Assembly: GCA_030674455.1 (NCBI GenBank)
Contig: JAUSGQ010000015.1
Coordinates: 5,574-69,573, forward strand
Direction: 5' to 3'
Source: a bacterium
GTDB lineage: Bacteria > Patescibacteriota > Minisyncoccia > Phycocordibacterales > UBA2100
DNA length: 64,000 nt
Below, one piece after another: positions 33,107 to 41,506 of this stretch (position 1 is its first letter; each line of letters opens with the position of its first letter). The notes beneath the pieces were generated by a model. The model was not told where the DNA came from. It ran no database searches and saw only the letters and a program-made list of their open reading frames with translations. A program made the position numbers and the translations under genes.

Positions 33107-34711
33107 TTACTGGTTGAGAGCCGCGCGGGTACTCGGGCCGACATAGCCGGCCGCTTTAATGCCTTTCGCGTTTTGGAATTTCTTGACTGCGGCTTCTGTC
33201 ACTTTCCCGAAGTATCCGGTCGCCGAGCCCGAGAAAAATCCAAGCCCGGCGAGGCGCTTCTGGAGTTCAAGAACGTCCGTCCCAGTGTCGCGCAGGCCGA
33301 TGAAATTCTTGAAGACGTACGCATCTCCCGCCGTCGTGCTCGCGCCCCCACTTGCGTTCGCCGCTCCGGAGGAACTCTGTGGCAGCGCATTGAGAGCCGC
33401 GCGAGTCGCGGGACCGACGATACCGACCGCCTGCAATCCGTTCGCCTTTTGGAATTTCTTGACGGCGGCGGTCGTGGCCGGCCCGAAGTGGCCATTCGGA
33501 ACGGCCGTTAGGAATCCTTGCTCCGCGAGTACTTTTTGCAATTGTAAAACGATATCGCTCGTTTGCCCTGGGCGCAGAGTTGCGCTGAAGATGCCGACGG
33601 AAGAAGGCGCGGGATTCGCGGCGCTTGCTGGAGTCGATAGAGTGGCGATTTGAGCCTGAACTTTGGCGACTTGGTCCAGCAGAGCGGAAAGCGCCGTACT
33701 GCTCGCGGTGCCTGATGTGGAACTGGCGACACTAGCGGAACTGGAAGCGGAAACTGCCGACGAGGGGTCAACTCCGCCGGGGCCCAGAACGACGATGGTC
33801 TGCGTCGTTGAAGCGGATTGTCCGTATGAGCCTATCGTTCCGATGACTTTGATGACATGCGTTCCGAAATCGCTCGCGAGCGGCGTCCACGAGAAGAGCC
33901 CCGACGCGTTAATGTTGCTGTTCGTTATGGATGATGTTGTACCGGTGAACGCGTCGGAGACGGAAAAGGTAGTGGGCCAATAACCCGCAGCGCTCGTCGT
34001 AAATGTAACGGTCTGACCGGGGGTAATGTTTCCCGATGGAGAGACGGACGGGATAGTGAGCGTCGGGTCCGCGCCCACGCGCAATGTTTTACTGACTGAG
34101 GCACTGCGGCCTAAAGAATCGCGGGCATATACCGTGAGAAGGTGTTCGCCTTGCTGATCCACATCCGGAGTCCAAGAGAAATTCCCCGCTGCATCAATGT
34201 TTGTATCCCTGATACTTGTCCCAGCGGTTCCGCCGAACGAATCACCGAGGGAAAAAATCGGGTTGGTGAATCCCGATGTAGTCGCGGTAAACGTAAGTTT
34301 TGCGGCGGATAAAACGGTTGTTCCGGGGGATAGTGATTGGATCGAAATCGAGGGCGGCGGAATTACGACAATCGTCGCGGTCGTACTCGCCGCATTGCCA
34401 ATATTATCAGAGGCGCTGATAGTGAGCGGGTGAGTGCCTACGTCGCTTACTGCCGGAGTCCAAGAGAACTCACCGACGACGCTGAAGTTGCTATTTGATA
34501 CAGTTGATGTGCCAAAGGCATCCGATATTACGTATATGCGCGAGGTGAAACCAGTGGGCACGATAGTGAATGCGATAGTTGTGCCGGCAGGTACCGCACC
34601 CGTTGGAGAAAGCGATTGGACGGCAATCGACAGTGTGTCTGCGAATGCAAAAGGGGCTACGAAGAGTACGCACCCGAATACCGCCGCGACAAGATGCTTA
34701 AGCGATTTCAT
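33107..34711 (-). CDS. Secreted protein with Ig-like repeats and two C-terminal peptidoglycan-binding (PG_binding_1) domains
   Basis: Signal peptide, four roughly 90 aa beta-rich repeats, then 2x ...LQKVLAEQGF...GHFGPATTAAVKKFQKANGL.... Confidence 0.65.
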   Translation of the reverse strand: MKSLKHLVAAVFGCVLFVAPFAFADTLSIAVQSLSPTGAVPAGTTIAFTIVPTGFTSRIYVISDAFGTSTVSNSNFSVVGEFSWTPAVSDVGTHPLTISASDNIGNAASTTATIVVIPPPSISIQSLSPGTTVLSAAKLTFTATTSGFTNPIFSLGDSFGGTAGTSIRDTNIDAAGNFSWTPDVDQQGEHLLTVYARDSLGRSASVSKTLRVGADPTLTIPSVSPSGNITPGQTVTFTTSAAGYWPTTFSVSDAFTGTTSSITNSNINASGLFSWTPLASDFGTHVIKVIGTIGSYGQSASTTQTIVVLGPGGVDPSSAVSASSSASVASSTSGTASSTALSALLDQVAKVQAQIATLSTPASAANPAPSSVGIFSATLRPGQTSDIVLQLQKVLAEQGFLTAVPNGHFGPATTAAVKKFQKANGLQAVGIVGPATRAALNALPQSSSGAANASGGASTTAGDAYVFKNFIGLRDTGTDVLELQKRLAGLGFFSGSATGYFGKVTEAAVKKFQNAKGIKAAGYVGPSTRAALNQ

Positions 34712-34775
34712 TAGCTTTAATTATACGCCAGAGCTGAAAACGTACCAGTCCAGCTTGGGTGCGCATCTTGCGTCA

Positions 34776-34900
34776 TTGCGAGCGGAGCGGAGCAAGCCAG
34801 AATCCTTCCCCAAGGTGAGACCTTAGGAGTGACTCTTTAAGGTCTCACCTTAAGAATTCAAATTTCCTGGATTGCTTCGCATAGCTCACAATGACAATTC
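34776..34900. repeat. Palindromic repeat R11 (TTGCGAGCGGAGCGGAGCAAGCCAG ... GGATTGCTTCGCATAGCTCACAATGACAATTC) with an inserted AAGGTGAGACCTT hairpin
   Basis: A shorter relative, R10, lies at 36805-36882. Confidence 0.6.
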
Positions 34901-34914
34901 AAGGGTATGGGTGA

Positions 34915-35289
34915 CTACTCTCCAGCTACCGCCTTTTGAAGTGCATATAGCGAAAGAAGCATGCAGGGTAACCTGGCCGGTCCTATTTTGGCGCGCATTA
35001 ATTCTTGAATCTGGTCGGGGCCGGTGGATTTTAGTTTTTTGACAGTTTTGCCAACCATCCATTCGGTAAATTGAGAGCTGGACGCAACGGAAAGCGCACA
35101 CCCCGAACCGCTGAAACGCACTTTCTCAACGACACCTTTCTTGTTCACCTTTAACTGTAAACGAATTTTGTCGCCGCACAATGGATTTACCGCTTCCGCT
35201 TCATACGTTGGATTTTTCATCACGCCGAAATTTTGCGGATTTCGGTAATGCTCCATTATTTCCTCTCTGTAGATGTCATTATTATCCAT
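34915..35289 (-). CDS. sufU: SufU/IscU-like Fe-S cluster assembly scaffold (sulfur acceptor)
   Basis: NPLCGDKIRL...GSGCALSVASSS...ARLPCMLL. Start taken at MDNND. Confidence 0.75.
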   Translation of the reverse strand: MDNNDIYREEIMEHYRNPQNFGVMKNPTYEAEAVNPLCGDKIRLQLKVNKKGVVEKVRFSGSGCALSVASSSQFTEWMVGKTVKKLKSTGPDQIQELMRAKIGPARLPCMLLSLYALQKAVAGE

Positions 35290-35459
35290 ACTTGTACCAA
35301 TCAACGAATGAATTCCAATCTACAAATAACTGCGAATGAACAACTCGCACCGTCTACAGGTGCCGACCAATGACCGGTCGGCCATTTGTAGCCATTCGCC
35401 CGCCTGCGCCGAGGCTTCGGCGGGCAGGTAGTATTCGGATGATTTGTAGATTGGGACAT
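35290..35459. repeat. MITE-like intercistronic element R5 (sufS-sufU junction) with nested GTCTACAGG and GC-hairpin modules
   Basis: Near-identical to R6 over about 165 bp. Confidence 0.85.
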
Positions 35460-35467
35460 ATAGTTTT

Positions 35468-36718
35468 TTATTGAAATTTCCTTTGAATCGTAACGAGCGC
35501 ACTCACCAATCGGTCAACCTCTTCGGCGGTATTGTAAATACAAAGACTAGCTCTCACCGATGCATCAAGCGAAAGGCTCTCGTGCAAAATCTGCGCGCAG
35601 TGGTGGCCGGCGCGAACGGCAATCCCCTCTCTATCAAGCAGGGTCGCAATATCGTGCGCGTGAATTCCTTTGATCGTAAAACTGAATATCGGCGCTCTCG
35701 CCTTCGTTGTCGCGGGGCCGAGCAGTGCGAGGCCGGGAACATTTTTGAGTGCGCGGAGCGCGTAGGCAGTCAGACTGCCTTCATATTTCGCAATGTTATT
35801 CAATCCGATACTTTGCAGAAATGAAATCGCCGCGCCCAAGCCGATAACTTCGGCAACGGGCGGCGTCCCGCCTTCAAATTTCTCGGGCAAGGGCGCGTAG
35901 GTAGTCTTTGTGCGCGTGACTTCTGCTATCATGTGGCCGCCGAATTTATGAGGCGGCAATTTCTCCAACAGTTCTTTTTTACCGTACAAAACGCCAATCC
36001 CCGTCGGACCGTACATTTTATGGCCGGAAAAGGCCAAGAAATCGCACCCGAGCGCCTGCACGTCAACCGCGCCGTGCGCTATTGATTGCGCCGCGTCCAC
36101 CAGCACCAACGCGCCTGCCTTGTGCGCGAGTGAGATCATCTCCCGAACAGGATTCTCAGTTCCCAGTACGTTTGAAACATGAGTAACGCCGACAAACTTC
36201 GGCTTGTGCTTCGCCAATAATTTCTTGAAAGCGCCAATATCAATTCTTCCCTCGCTATTGAGCGGAACAAAATCTAGTTTCAATTTCTTCCGCGCGGTCG
36301 ACCGATCAATGGTCGACACCTGTAGACGGGCTGCGGCCTGCCACGGCACAATCATCGCGTGATGCTCCATGTCTGATAGCAAAATCCGGTCTCCACGTTT
36401 CAAAAAAGCCTCGGATAATCCGGCAACGACGACATTGATGCTCTCGGTTGCTCCCGAAGTAAATATGATTTCTTCGCGATGCTTTGCGTTTACAAATTCT
36501 TTTACCTGGTCGCGAACTTTCTCGTACGCTGCAGTCGCGCCTTCGGCAAGCGCGTACACGCCGCGATGAACCGGCGCATTCTGCGAGCGGTAAAATTTGT
36601 CCATCGCTTCAATAACCGTAGCGGGCTTCTGCGTCGTCGCCGCGTTGTCCAAATACGCCAGGGGCTTCAGGCCTCGCTTTTGAAATATGGGAAATTGATT
36701 GCGGATTTTGGGAATCAT
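35468..36718 (-). CDS. sufS: Cysteine desulfurase SufS
   Basis: Class V aminotransferase, PLP-lysine region ...FLAFSGHKMYGPTGIG..., and a C-terminal ...RAGHHCAQ.... Contains an in-frame palindromic element (RLQVSTIDRST) at 36296-36329. Confidence 0.9.
   Translation of the reverse strand: MIPKIRNQFPIFQKRGLKPLAYLDNAATTQKPATVIEAMDKFYRSQNAPVHRGVYALAEGATAAYEKVRDQVKEFVNAKHREEIIFTSGATESINVVVAGLSEAFLKRGDRILLSDMEHHAMIVPWQAAARLQVSTIDRSTARKKLKLDFVPLNSEGRIDIGAFKKLLAKHKPKFVGVTHVSNVLGTENPVREMISLAHKAGALVLVDAAQSIAHGAVDVQALGCDFLAFSGHKMYGPTGIGVLYGKKELLEKLPPHKFGGHMIAEVTRTKTTYAPLPEKFEGGTPPVAEVIGLGAAISFLQSIGLNNIAKYEGSLTAYALRALKNVPGLALLGPATTKARAPIFSFTIKGIHAHDIATLLDREGIAVRAGHHCAQILHESLSLDASVRASLCIYNTAEEVDRLVSALVTIQRKFQ
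36296..36329 (-). repeat. In-frame copy of GTCTACAGGTGTCGACCATTGATCGGTCGACC within sufS
   Basis: On the coding strand this gives CGTCTACAGGTGTCGACCATTGATCGGTCG. E. coli SufS is about 11 aa shorter here. Confidence 0.7.
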
Positions 36719-36766
36719 ATAGGACCTACGCAAGAACCTCAAAAAACAGCGCAAAACCGAGCTTCT

Positions 36767-36799
36767 CGTCTACAGATGCCGATGCATACCCCATCGGCC
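36767..36799. repeat. Intergenic type-B palindromic element CGTCTACAGATGCCGATGCATACCCCATCGGCC
   Basis: Read from the sequence. Confidence 0.7.
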
Positions 36800-36804
36800 T
36801 GTCT

Positions 36805-36882
36805 TTGCGAGCGGAGCGAAGCAATCCAGGTTCTATGGCTCTAATCCTAGATTGCTTCGGCAAAGCCTCGCAATAACGATTC
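36805..36882. repeat. Palindromic repeat R10 (TTGCGAGCGGAGCGAAGCAATCCAGG...CCTAGATTGCTTCGGCAAAGCCTCGCAA)
   Basis: Related to R11 at 34776-34900. Confidence 0.6.
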
Positions 36883-36901
36883 AGATGTTGCGTAAGTCCT
36901 T

Positions 36902-37468
36902 TCATAGTTTTAATAATGCGGAACGGATTTCTTTTGATTCCGCGGGAGGAAACTCATCCACAAACGACTCCAGAAATCCGCGCACAATCATTTTCTTCGC
37001 CTCTTTGCGGGAAAGTCCTCGAGTCGCGAGATAAAACAGTTCCTCCTCGCCGACTTTTCCCACCGTGGCGCCGTGTCCGGCCTTGACTTCATTTTCCAAG
37101 ACTTCGAGCCGCGGAATTGCACCCGCGCGCGCGCCCTGCGAAAGCAAAATTGCGTGTTCATTCAAATCCGCGTCCGCGTTTTTCGCTCCCTTCTTGATAA
37201 CGACGAGCCCTTCGTAGTTTGCAACAGCGTCTCCATCCAGCACGCCTTTGACGAGAGTTCGGGAAAAAGTGTTAGGTGCGTCGTGAATAACCTCGGTCTC
37301 CAATTTGAACATGCCCTTTTTCGCAAAGAAAATGCAAAGTACCTTGACCGACCCGCCGGGCGCATCCATTAGAATCCGTGCTTTTACATGGCGGTCGCCA
37401 CGGCCCAACCATACGATAGGAACAATTCTTTTTTCGTCGACTCCTACATGTACGTCAATAGTTTCCAT
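36902..37468 (-). CDS. sufD: SufD-like Fe-S assembly protein (short form)
   Basis: Beta-helix core and a C-terminal helical region similar to SufB/SufD. Start taken at METIDV; the track's upstream extension reads into R6. Confidence 0.7.
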   Translation of the reverse strand: METIDVHVGVDEKRIVPIVWLGRGDRHVKARILMDAPGGSVKVLCIFFAKKGMFKLETEVIHDAPNTFSRTLVKGVLDGDAVANYEGLVVIKKGAKNADADLNEHAILLSQGARAGAIPRLEVLENEVKAGHGATVGKVGEEELFYLATRGLSRKEAKKMIVRGFLESFVDEFPPAESKEIRSALLKL

Positions 37469-37474
37469 AGTTAT

Positions 37475-37640
37475 GTGCCAATCAACGAATGAATTCCAAT
37501 CTACAAATAACTGCGAATAAAATACGCTCACCGTCTACAGGTGCCGACCAATGACCGGTCGGCCATTTGTAGCCATTCGCCCGCCTGCGCCGAGGCTTCG
37601 GCGGGCAGGTAGTATTCGGATGATTTGTAGATTGGGACAT
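37475..37640. repeat. MITE-like intercistronic element R6 (sufB-sufD junction)
   Basis: TGTGCCAATCAACGAATGAATTCCAATCTACAAAT...GATTTGTAGATTGGGACAT. About 97% identical to R5. Confidence 0.85.
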
Positions 37641-37647
37641 ACGATAT

Positions 37648-39072
37648 TCATCCAAGGGAGCCTTCCATTTCGAGCTGGATAAGCCGGTTCAATTCAACGG
37701 CATATTCGAGCGGAAGCGTTTTTATAACCGGCTCCATAAACCCTTGTACTACAAGGTTAATAGCCTCCTCTTCGGTAAGCCCGCGGCTCATTAGATAAAA
37801 CACCTGCTCTTCGGAAATTCTGCCGATTTTCGCCTCGTGTCCGATAGTCACGTCCTCTTCGTCGACAGTTATATACGGCACAGTATTGGAGACTGAAATG
37901 TTGTCGGGCATCAGAGCGTCGCACTGCACGTGCGAGGTGGCACCCTTCGCACCTTTCACGATTTTGAGCTGGCCTCGATATGTGGAGATGCCGCCGCCGA
38001 AACTGATGCTTTTTGAGATAACGGTTGAAGATGTCTGCGGAGCCAGATGAATGACTTTCGCGCCAGTGTCTTTGTGCTGACCGGGGCCCGCGACCGCGAT
38101 GTTCAGATGCTCGGCGCGCGCGCCGCGGCCTTGCAGAATCGAGCACGGATAGAGCATTGTCGTCTTGCTTCCCATGCTCCCTCCAACCCATTCTTGAATC
38201 CCATCTTCTTCCACAATTGAGCGCTTCGTATTCAGGTTGTAAACATCCTTGCTCCAATTCTGAATCGTCGTGTATCGGCATCGCGCTCCCTTTTTTACGA
38301 AAATCTCTACAACCGCCGCATGAAGCGACGAAGTATTGTACATTGGCGCAGTGCATCCTTCTATGTACTGTACCGAGGCACCCTCATCGACAATTATTAA
38401 CGTGTGTTCAAATTGGCCAGACGCACGCGCGTTCATGCGGAAATATGTTTGGAGAGGCATGTCTACATGCACGCCATTCGGCACATACAAGAAACTCCCG
38501 CCCGACCACACGGCCCCATGGAGAGCCGCAAGCTTGTGCTCGCTGGTCTTCACGCACTTCGTCATAAAATATTCTTTTACCAATTCGGGATATTTCTGGA
38601 CCGCAGTATCAGTGTCGCAAAAGATAACGCCTTTATCTTCCCATTTCGGGCGCAACTTTTGATAGAAGCCTTCGGATTCGTACTGGCCGATGACGCCGGC
38701 GAGAAAAGCGCGCTCGGCTTGAGGTACGCCGATTTTTTCAAACGTATTTTTAATATCGGCTGGCACATCATCCCAGCTTTTGTATCTCCCTTCTTCAGTA
38801 CGTTGGTAGTATGTAATCTCATCGAAATGGAGACCGCTCAAATCCGGCCCCCATGTGGGAACCGGCAGGCGCATAAATTCCTCGAATGACTTGAGCCGCA
38901 ATTCCCGCATCCACGCCGGCTCATTTTTGATTGTTGAAATTTCCTCAACAACCTCGCGCGTAATCCCCTTTTTAGCGCGATAGAGGAAGCGATCCGGAAT
39001 GGCTGTTGCTCCGCCGTCTTTTGTTTGTTCTCCGATAGGTGCTTGGGTTTGGGTCTTCATAGCATGTGCCAA
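37648..39072 (-). CDS. sufB: Fe-S cluster assembly protein SufB
   Basis: Highly conserved SufB (..FYQKLRPKWEDKG..., C-terminal ...LMSRGLTEEEA...). The track uses a TTG start at 39072; an ATG lies at 39060. Confidence 0.9.
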   Translation of the reverse strand: MAHAMKTQTQAPIGEQTKDGGATAIPDRFLYRAKKGITREVVEEISTIKNEPAWMRELRLKSFEEFMRLPVPTWGPDLSGLHFDEITYYQRTEEGRYKSWDDVPADIKNTFEKIGVPQAERAFLAGVIGQYESEGFYQKLRPKWEDKGVIFCDTDTAVQKYPELVKEYFMTKCVKTSEHKLAALHGAVWSGGSFLYVPNGVHVDMPLQTYFRMNARASGQFEHTLIIVDEGASVQYIEGCTAPMYNTSSLHAAVVEIFVKKGARCRYTTIQNWSKDVYNLNTKRSIVEEDGIQEWVGGSMGSKTTMLYPCSILQGRGARAEHLNIAVAGPGQHKDTGAKVIHLAPQTSSTVISKSISFGGGISTYRGQLKIVKGAKGATSHVQCDALMPDNISVSNTVPYITVDEEDVTIGHEAKIGRISEEQVFYLMSRGLTEEEAINLVVQGFMEPVIKTLPLEYAVELNRLIQLEMEGSLG

Positions 39073-39168
39073 TTTACGAATGATGCGAATACTACAAATG
39101 GCTACAAATATAAGAAGCCTGGTATTCGTAGTTATTCGTAGATTGGAATAAATTTGTAGATTGGGACT
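39066..39168. repeat. MITE-like intercistronic element R7 (sufC-sufB junction)
   Basis: GTGCCAATTTACGAATGATGCGAATAC...ATTCGTAGATTGGAATAAATTTGTAGATTGGGAC. Confidence 0.8.
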
Positions 39169-39179
39169 TCATATATTTT

Positions 39180-39950
39180 CTAGATGTAATCGCTATATCC
39201 ATTTTTCTCGATGTCTTTTGCGAGCGCCTGCGTGCCGGATTTAATAATCTTTCCTTTGTGCAAAATGTGCACTCTGTCGGCCTTTATCCACCGCAGTATG
39301 CGGTTGTAGTGCGTGATGATAATGATGGAGACGCCGCGCGCGCGAAGTTTCGTGATTTGTTTGGCAACAAGCTTTAGAGCGTCGATATCCAGCCCCGAAT
39401 CTATCTCGTCAATTATGACGCATTTGGCGGGCAAGAGTGACAACTGCAGAATTTCCATTTTCTTTTTTTCTCCTCCCGAAAACCCATCGTTTAGGGAGCG
39501 CGAGAGAAACTCGTCCTGTATGTGGAGAGCTTTCGCGGTCTCTTTTATATCGTTGCGAAAATGCGCCATTTTGAAATCCTTCCGTTTCACAGAAAATTTC
39601 CGTATAGCAATCGTGAGCAGATTCGTGACTGAAACTCCCGAGACTGCCTGAGGATGCTGGAGAGCGAGCAAGACGCCCGCGCGCGCGATTTCGTCGGTCT
39701 TCATCGAAGAAAGCTTGTTTTTGCCGAACGCTATTGTGCCTCTCGCTATCTTGCAGCTTGGATGCCGAAGTATTGTGTTGCCAAGCGTAGATTTGCCCGA
39801 GCCGTTCGGACCCATAATCACATGCGTCTTGCCCTGCGGCAAAATCAAATTGATGCCGTTCAAAATCGGCTTAGCTTCAAGCGTAACGTGCAGATTCTTG
39901 ATGGTGAGTGTGGACATAATGTTCATTTGCCCGCCTAAACGGCTACGCAT
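39180..39950 (-). CDS. sufC: Fe-S cluster assembly ATPase SufC
   Basis: Walker A GPNGSGKST, ABC signature LSGGEKKK, Walker B IIDEIDSGLD. Start possibly at 39920 (MNIMSTL). Confidence 0.9.
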   Translation of the reverse strand: MRSRLGGQMNIMSTLTIKNLHVTLEAKPILNGINLILPQGKTHVIMGPNGSGKSTLGNTILRHPSCKIARGTIAFGKNKLSSMKTDEIARAGVLLALQHPQAVSGVSVTNLLTIAIRKFSVKRKDFKMAHFRNDIKETAKALHIQDEFLSRSLNDGFSGGEKKKMEILQLSLLPAKCVIIDEIDSGLDIDALKLVAKQITKLRARGVSIIIITHYNRILRWIKADRVHILHKGKIIKSGTQALAKDIEKNGYSDYI

Positions 39951-40014
39951 TATGGGGCTGGATTAGCTCTCGAGCAATAGCACGCGAGGGTCGGATATAA
40001 ACTCGACTTCTAGC

Positions 40015-40056
40015 ATATTGCTGTAGCAAATGCGGCCGCATTTGCTACAGCAATAT
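40015..40056. promoter_or_regulatory. Perfect 42 bp palindrome ATATTGCTGTAGCAAATGCGGCCGCATTTGCTACAGCAATAT upstream of the suf operon
   Basis: Read from the sequence. Same ATGCGGCCGCAT core and near-identical arms to 18846-18883. Confidence 0.65.
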
Positions 40057-40083
40057 GCAACTGGAATCATTTCTCCAAATTCG

Positions 40084-41373
40084 CTAAATAATAAATTTAA
40101 AGACGGGGCTGTCAGTCTTCAAAAGCTCATACGACATGCCGATAGCGTCCATTCGCTTCAGCAATGGCTTTAGGTCTTCTTTTTTCGCGAGTTCGATTCC
40201 CACGAGCGCCGGACCGCTTTCGCGATTATTCTTCTTCGTGTACTCAAAAAGAGTAATGTCATCCGTTGGCCCGAGTGCCTCGTTTAAGTATCGGCGAAGA
40301 GCGCCGGGCCTCTGGGAGAAATTTATGATGAAGTAATGTTTCAGCCCCTGGTGTACAAGGCTGCGTTCTATTATTTCGGGATATCGGCTGATGTCGTTGT
40401 TACCGCCGGAGAGAATACACACGACTGTTTTTCCCTTTCCGCCGGAGGCGGATCCTCCTCCGGAGGACAATTCTCCTTTAAGCTGTTCGAGCGCGGCAAT
40501 AGAAAGCGCGCCCGCCGGCTCCGCGACAATGCCATCGCGCTGGTAGAGAGAAATCATCGTCTCGCACACCTTGCCTTCCGGCACTAAAAGTAATTTATCA
40601 AGAACCTTCTTGCAGAGTTGAAACGTGAGATCGCCAACAGTTCGCACCGCCGCTCCGTCAACGAACGTGTCCAGTTTTTCGAGCGTTACAACCTTGCCTG
40701 CTTTCAGCGCTTTGTCCATTGAGGGCGCACCGGCAGGTTCCGCTCCGATTATTTTTACCGAAGGATTCTTCGATTTGAGATACGAGCCGATGCCCGCGCA
40801 CAATCCGCCGCCGCCGATTGGCACAACAACTGTATCAACTTTCTCGATGCCGGCAGCAGACAACTGTTCAATTATTTCCGCGCCCACCGTTCCTTGTCCG
40901 GCAATTACATACGGGTCGTTGAATGGGTGCACCAAAACCATTCCCTTCTTTTTCGACACACTCTGTGCTTCCGCAAACGATTCATCGAACGTGTCGCCAT
41001 AAAGTTCAATGGTGACGTATGAGCCGCCGAGGGTGCGCACGCGGTCAATCTTTTGCTTTGGGGTGTTCTGCGGCATGTAAATCACGCCTTGGGTTTTCAG
41101 GGCTTTGCAGCTAAATGCCACGCCCTGCGCATGATTTCCGGCGCTTGCGCACACGATGCCGCGCTTTTTCTCCGCCTCGGTGAGTAGGCGCATTCTGTTG
41201 TATGCCCCGCGCAGTTTGTATGAACGAACGACCTGCAAATCTTCCCGCTTCAAATAAATCTTCGCGCCATACCTTTCCGAAAGCGGTTTGTGCAATTGGA
41301 GAGGCGTTTCTTTCACCACATCGCGCAAATGTTCGCGCGCTTCTTCCACCATTTTTACATCAAATTGTTTCAT
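40084..41373 (-). CDS. ilvA: Threonine dehydratase (biosynthetic, with C-terminal regulatory domain)
   Basis: PLP-lysine region (..SYKLRGAYN..), GNHAQGVA, a Gly-rich loop, SGGNND. Contains an inserted SSGGGSASGG linker encoded by a GGATCC palindrome (40439-40467). Confidence 0.9.
   Translation of the reverse strand: MKQFDVKMVEEAREHLRDVVKETPLQLHKPLSERYGAKIYLKREDLQVVRSYKLRGAYNRMRLLTEAEKKRGIVCASAGNHAQGVAFSCKALKTQGVIYMPQNTPKQKIDRVRTLGGSYVTIELYGDTFDESFAEAQSVSKKKGMVLVHPFNDPYVIAGQGTVGAEIIEQLSAAGIEKVDTVVVPIGGGGLCAGIGSYLKSKNPSVKIIGAEPAGAPSMDKALKAGKVVTLEKLDTFVDGAAVRTVGDLTFQLCKKVLDKLLLVPEGKVCETMISLYQRDGIVAEPAGALSIAALEQLKGELSSGGGSASGGKGKTVVCILSGGNNDISRYPEIIERSLVHQGLKHYFIINFSQRPGALRRYLNEALGPTDDITLFEYTKKNNRESGPALVGIELAKKEDLKPLLKRMDAIGMSYELLKTDSPVFKFII
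40439..40467. repeat. GGATCC-centred palindromic element TCCGCCGGAGGCGGATCCTCCTCCGGAGGA, in-frame within ilvA
   Basis: The 18 nt TCCGCCGGAGGCGGATCC stretch is identical in trpA (45499-45527) and aroC (46892-46920). Confidence 0.7.
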
Positions 41374-41379
41374 ATGAAT

Positions 41380-41500
41380 TGGAGTTTATCTGCGTTAATG
41401 TGCGTTAGTTCTGCGTAAATCTGCATGTATTTTGTATTTGCGTTAATCTGCGTTAGTTCTGCGTAAATTTGCGTGTATTTTTTATCTGCGTAAATCTGCG
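41380..41500. repeat. About 48 bp tandem direct repeat (2.5 copies) made of phased CTGCGT(T/A)A units at roughly 10.5 bp spacing
   Basis: ATCTGCGTTAATGTGCGTTAGTTCTGCGTAAATCTGCATGTATTTTGTAT / TTGCGTTAATCTGCGTTAGTTCTGCGTAAATTTGCGTGTATTTTTTAT / CTGCGTAAATCTGCG, between the ilvA start and the ridA stop. Confidence 0.7.
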
Positions 41501-41506
41501 AGGTCT

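Noticed and set aside
40439-40467. Treating the GGATCC Gly/Ser linkers as evidence of a synthetic or engineered construct
   Set aside because: The (GGGS)-like linker plus BamHI site is suggestive. However, the element sits in three chromosomal housekeeping genes in both orientations and has a degenerate intergenic relative (11249-11275). A natural palindromic insertion element is more parsimonious. It is flagged for an assembly check in the findings.
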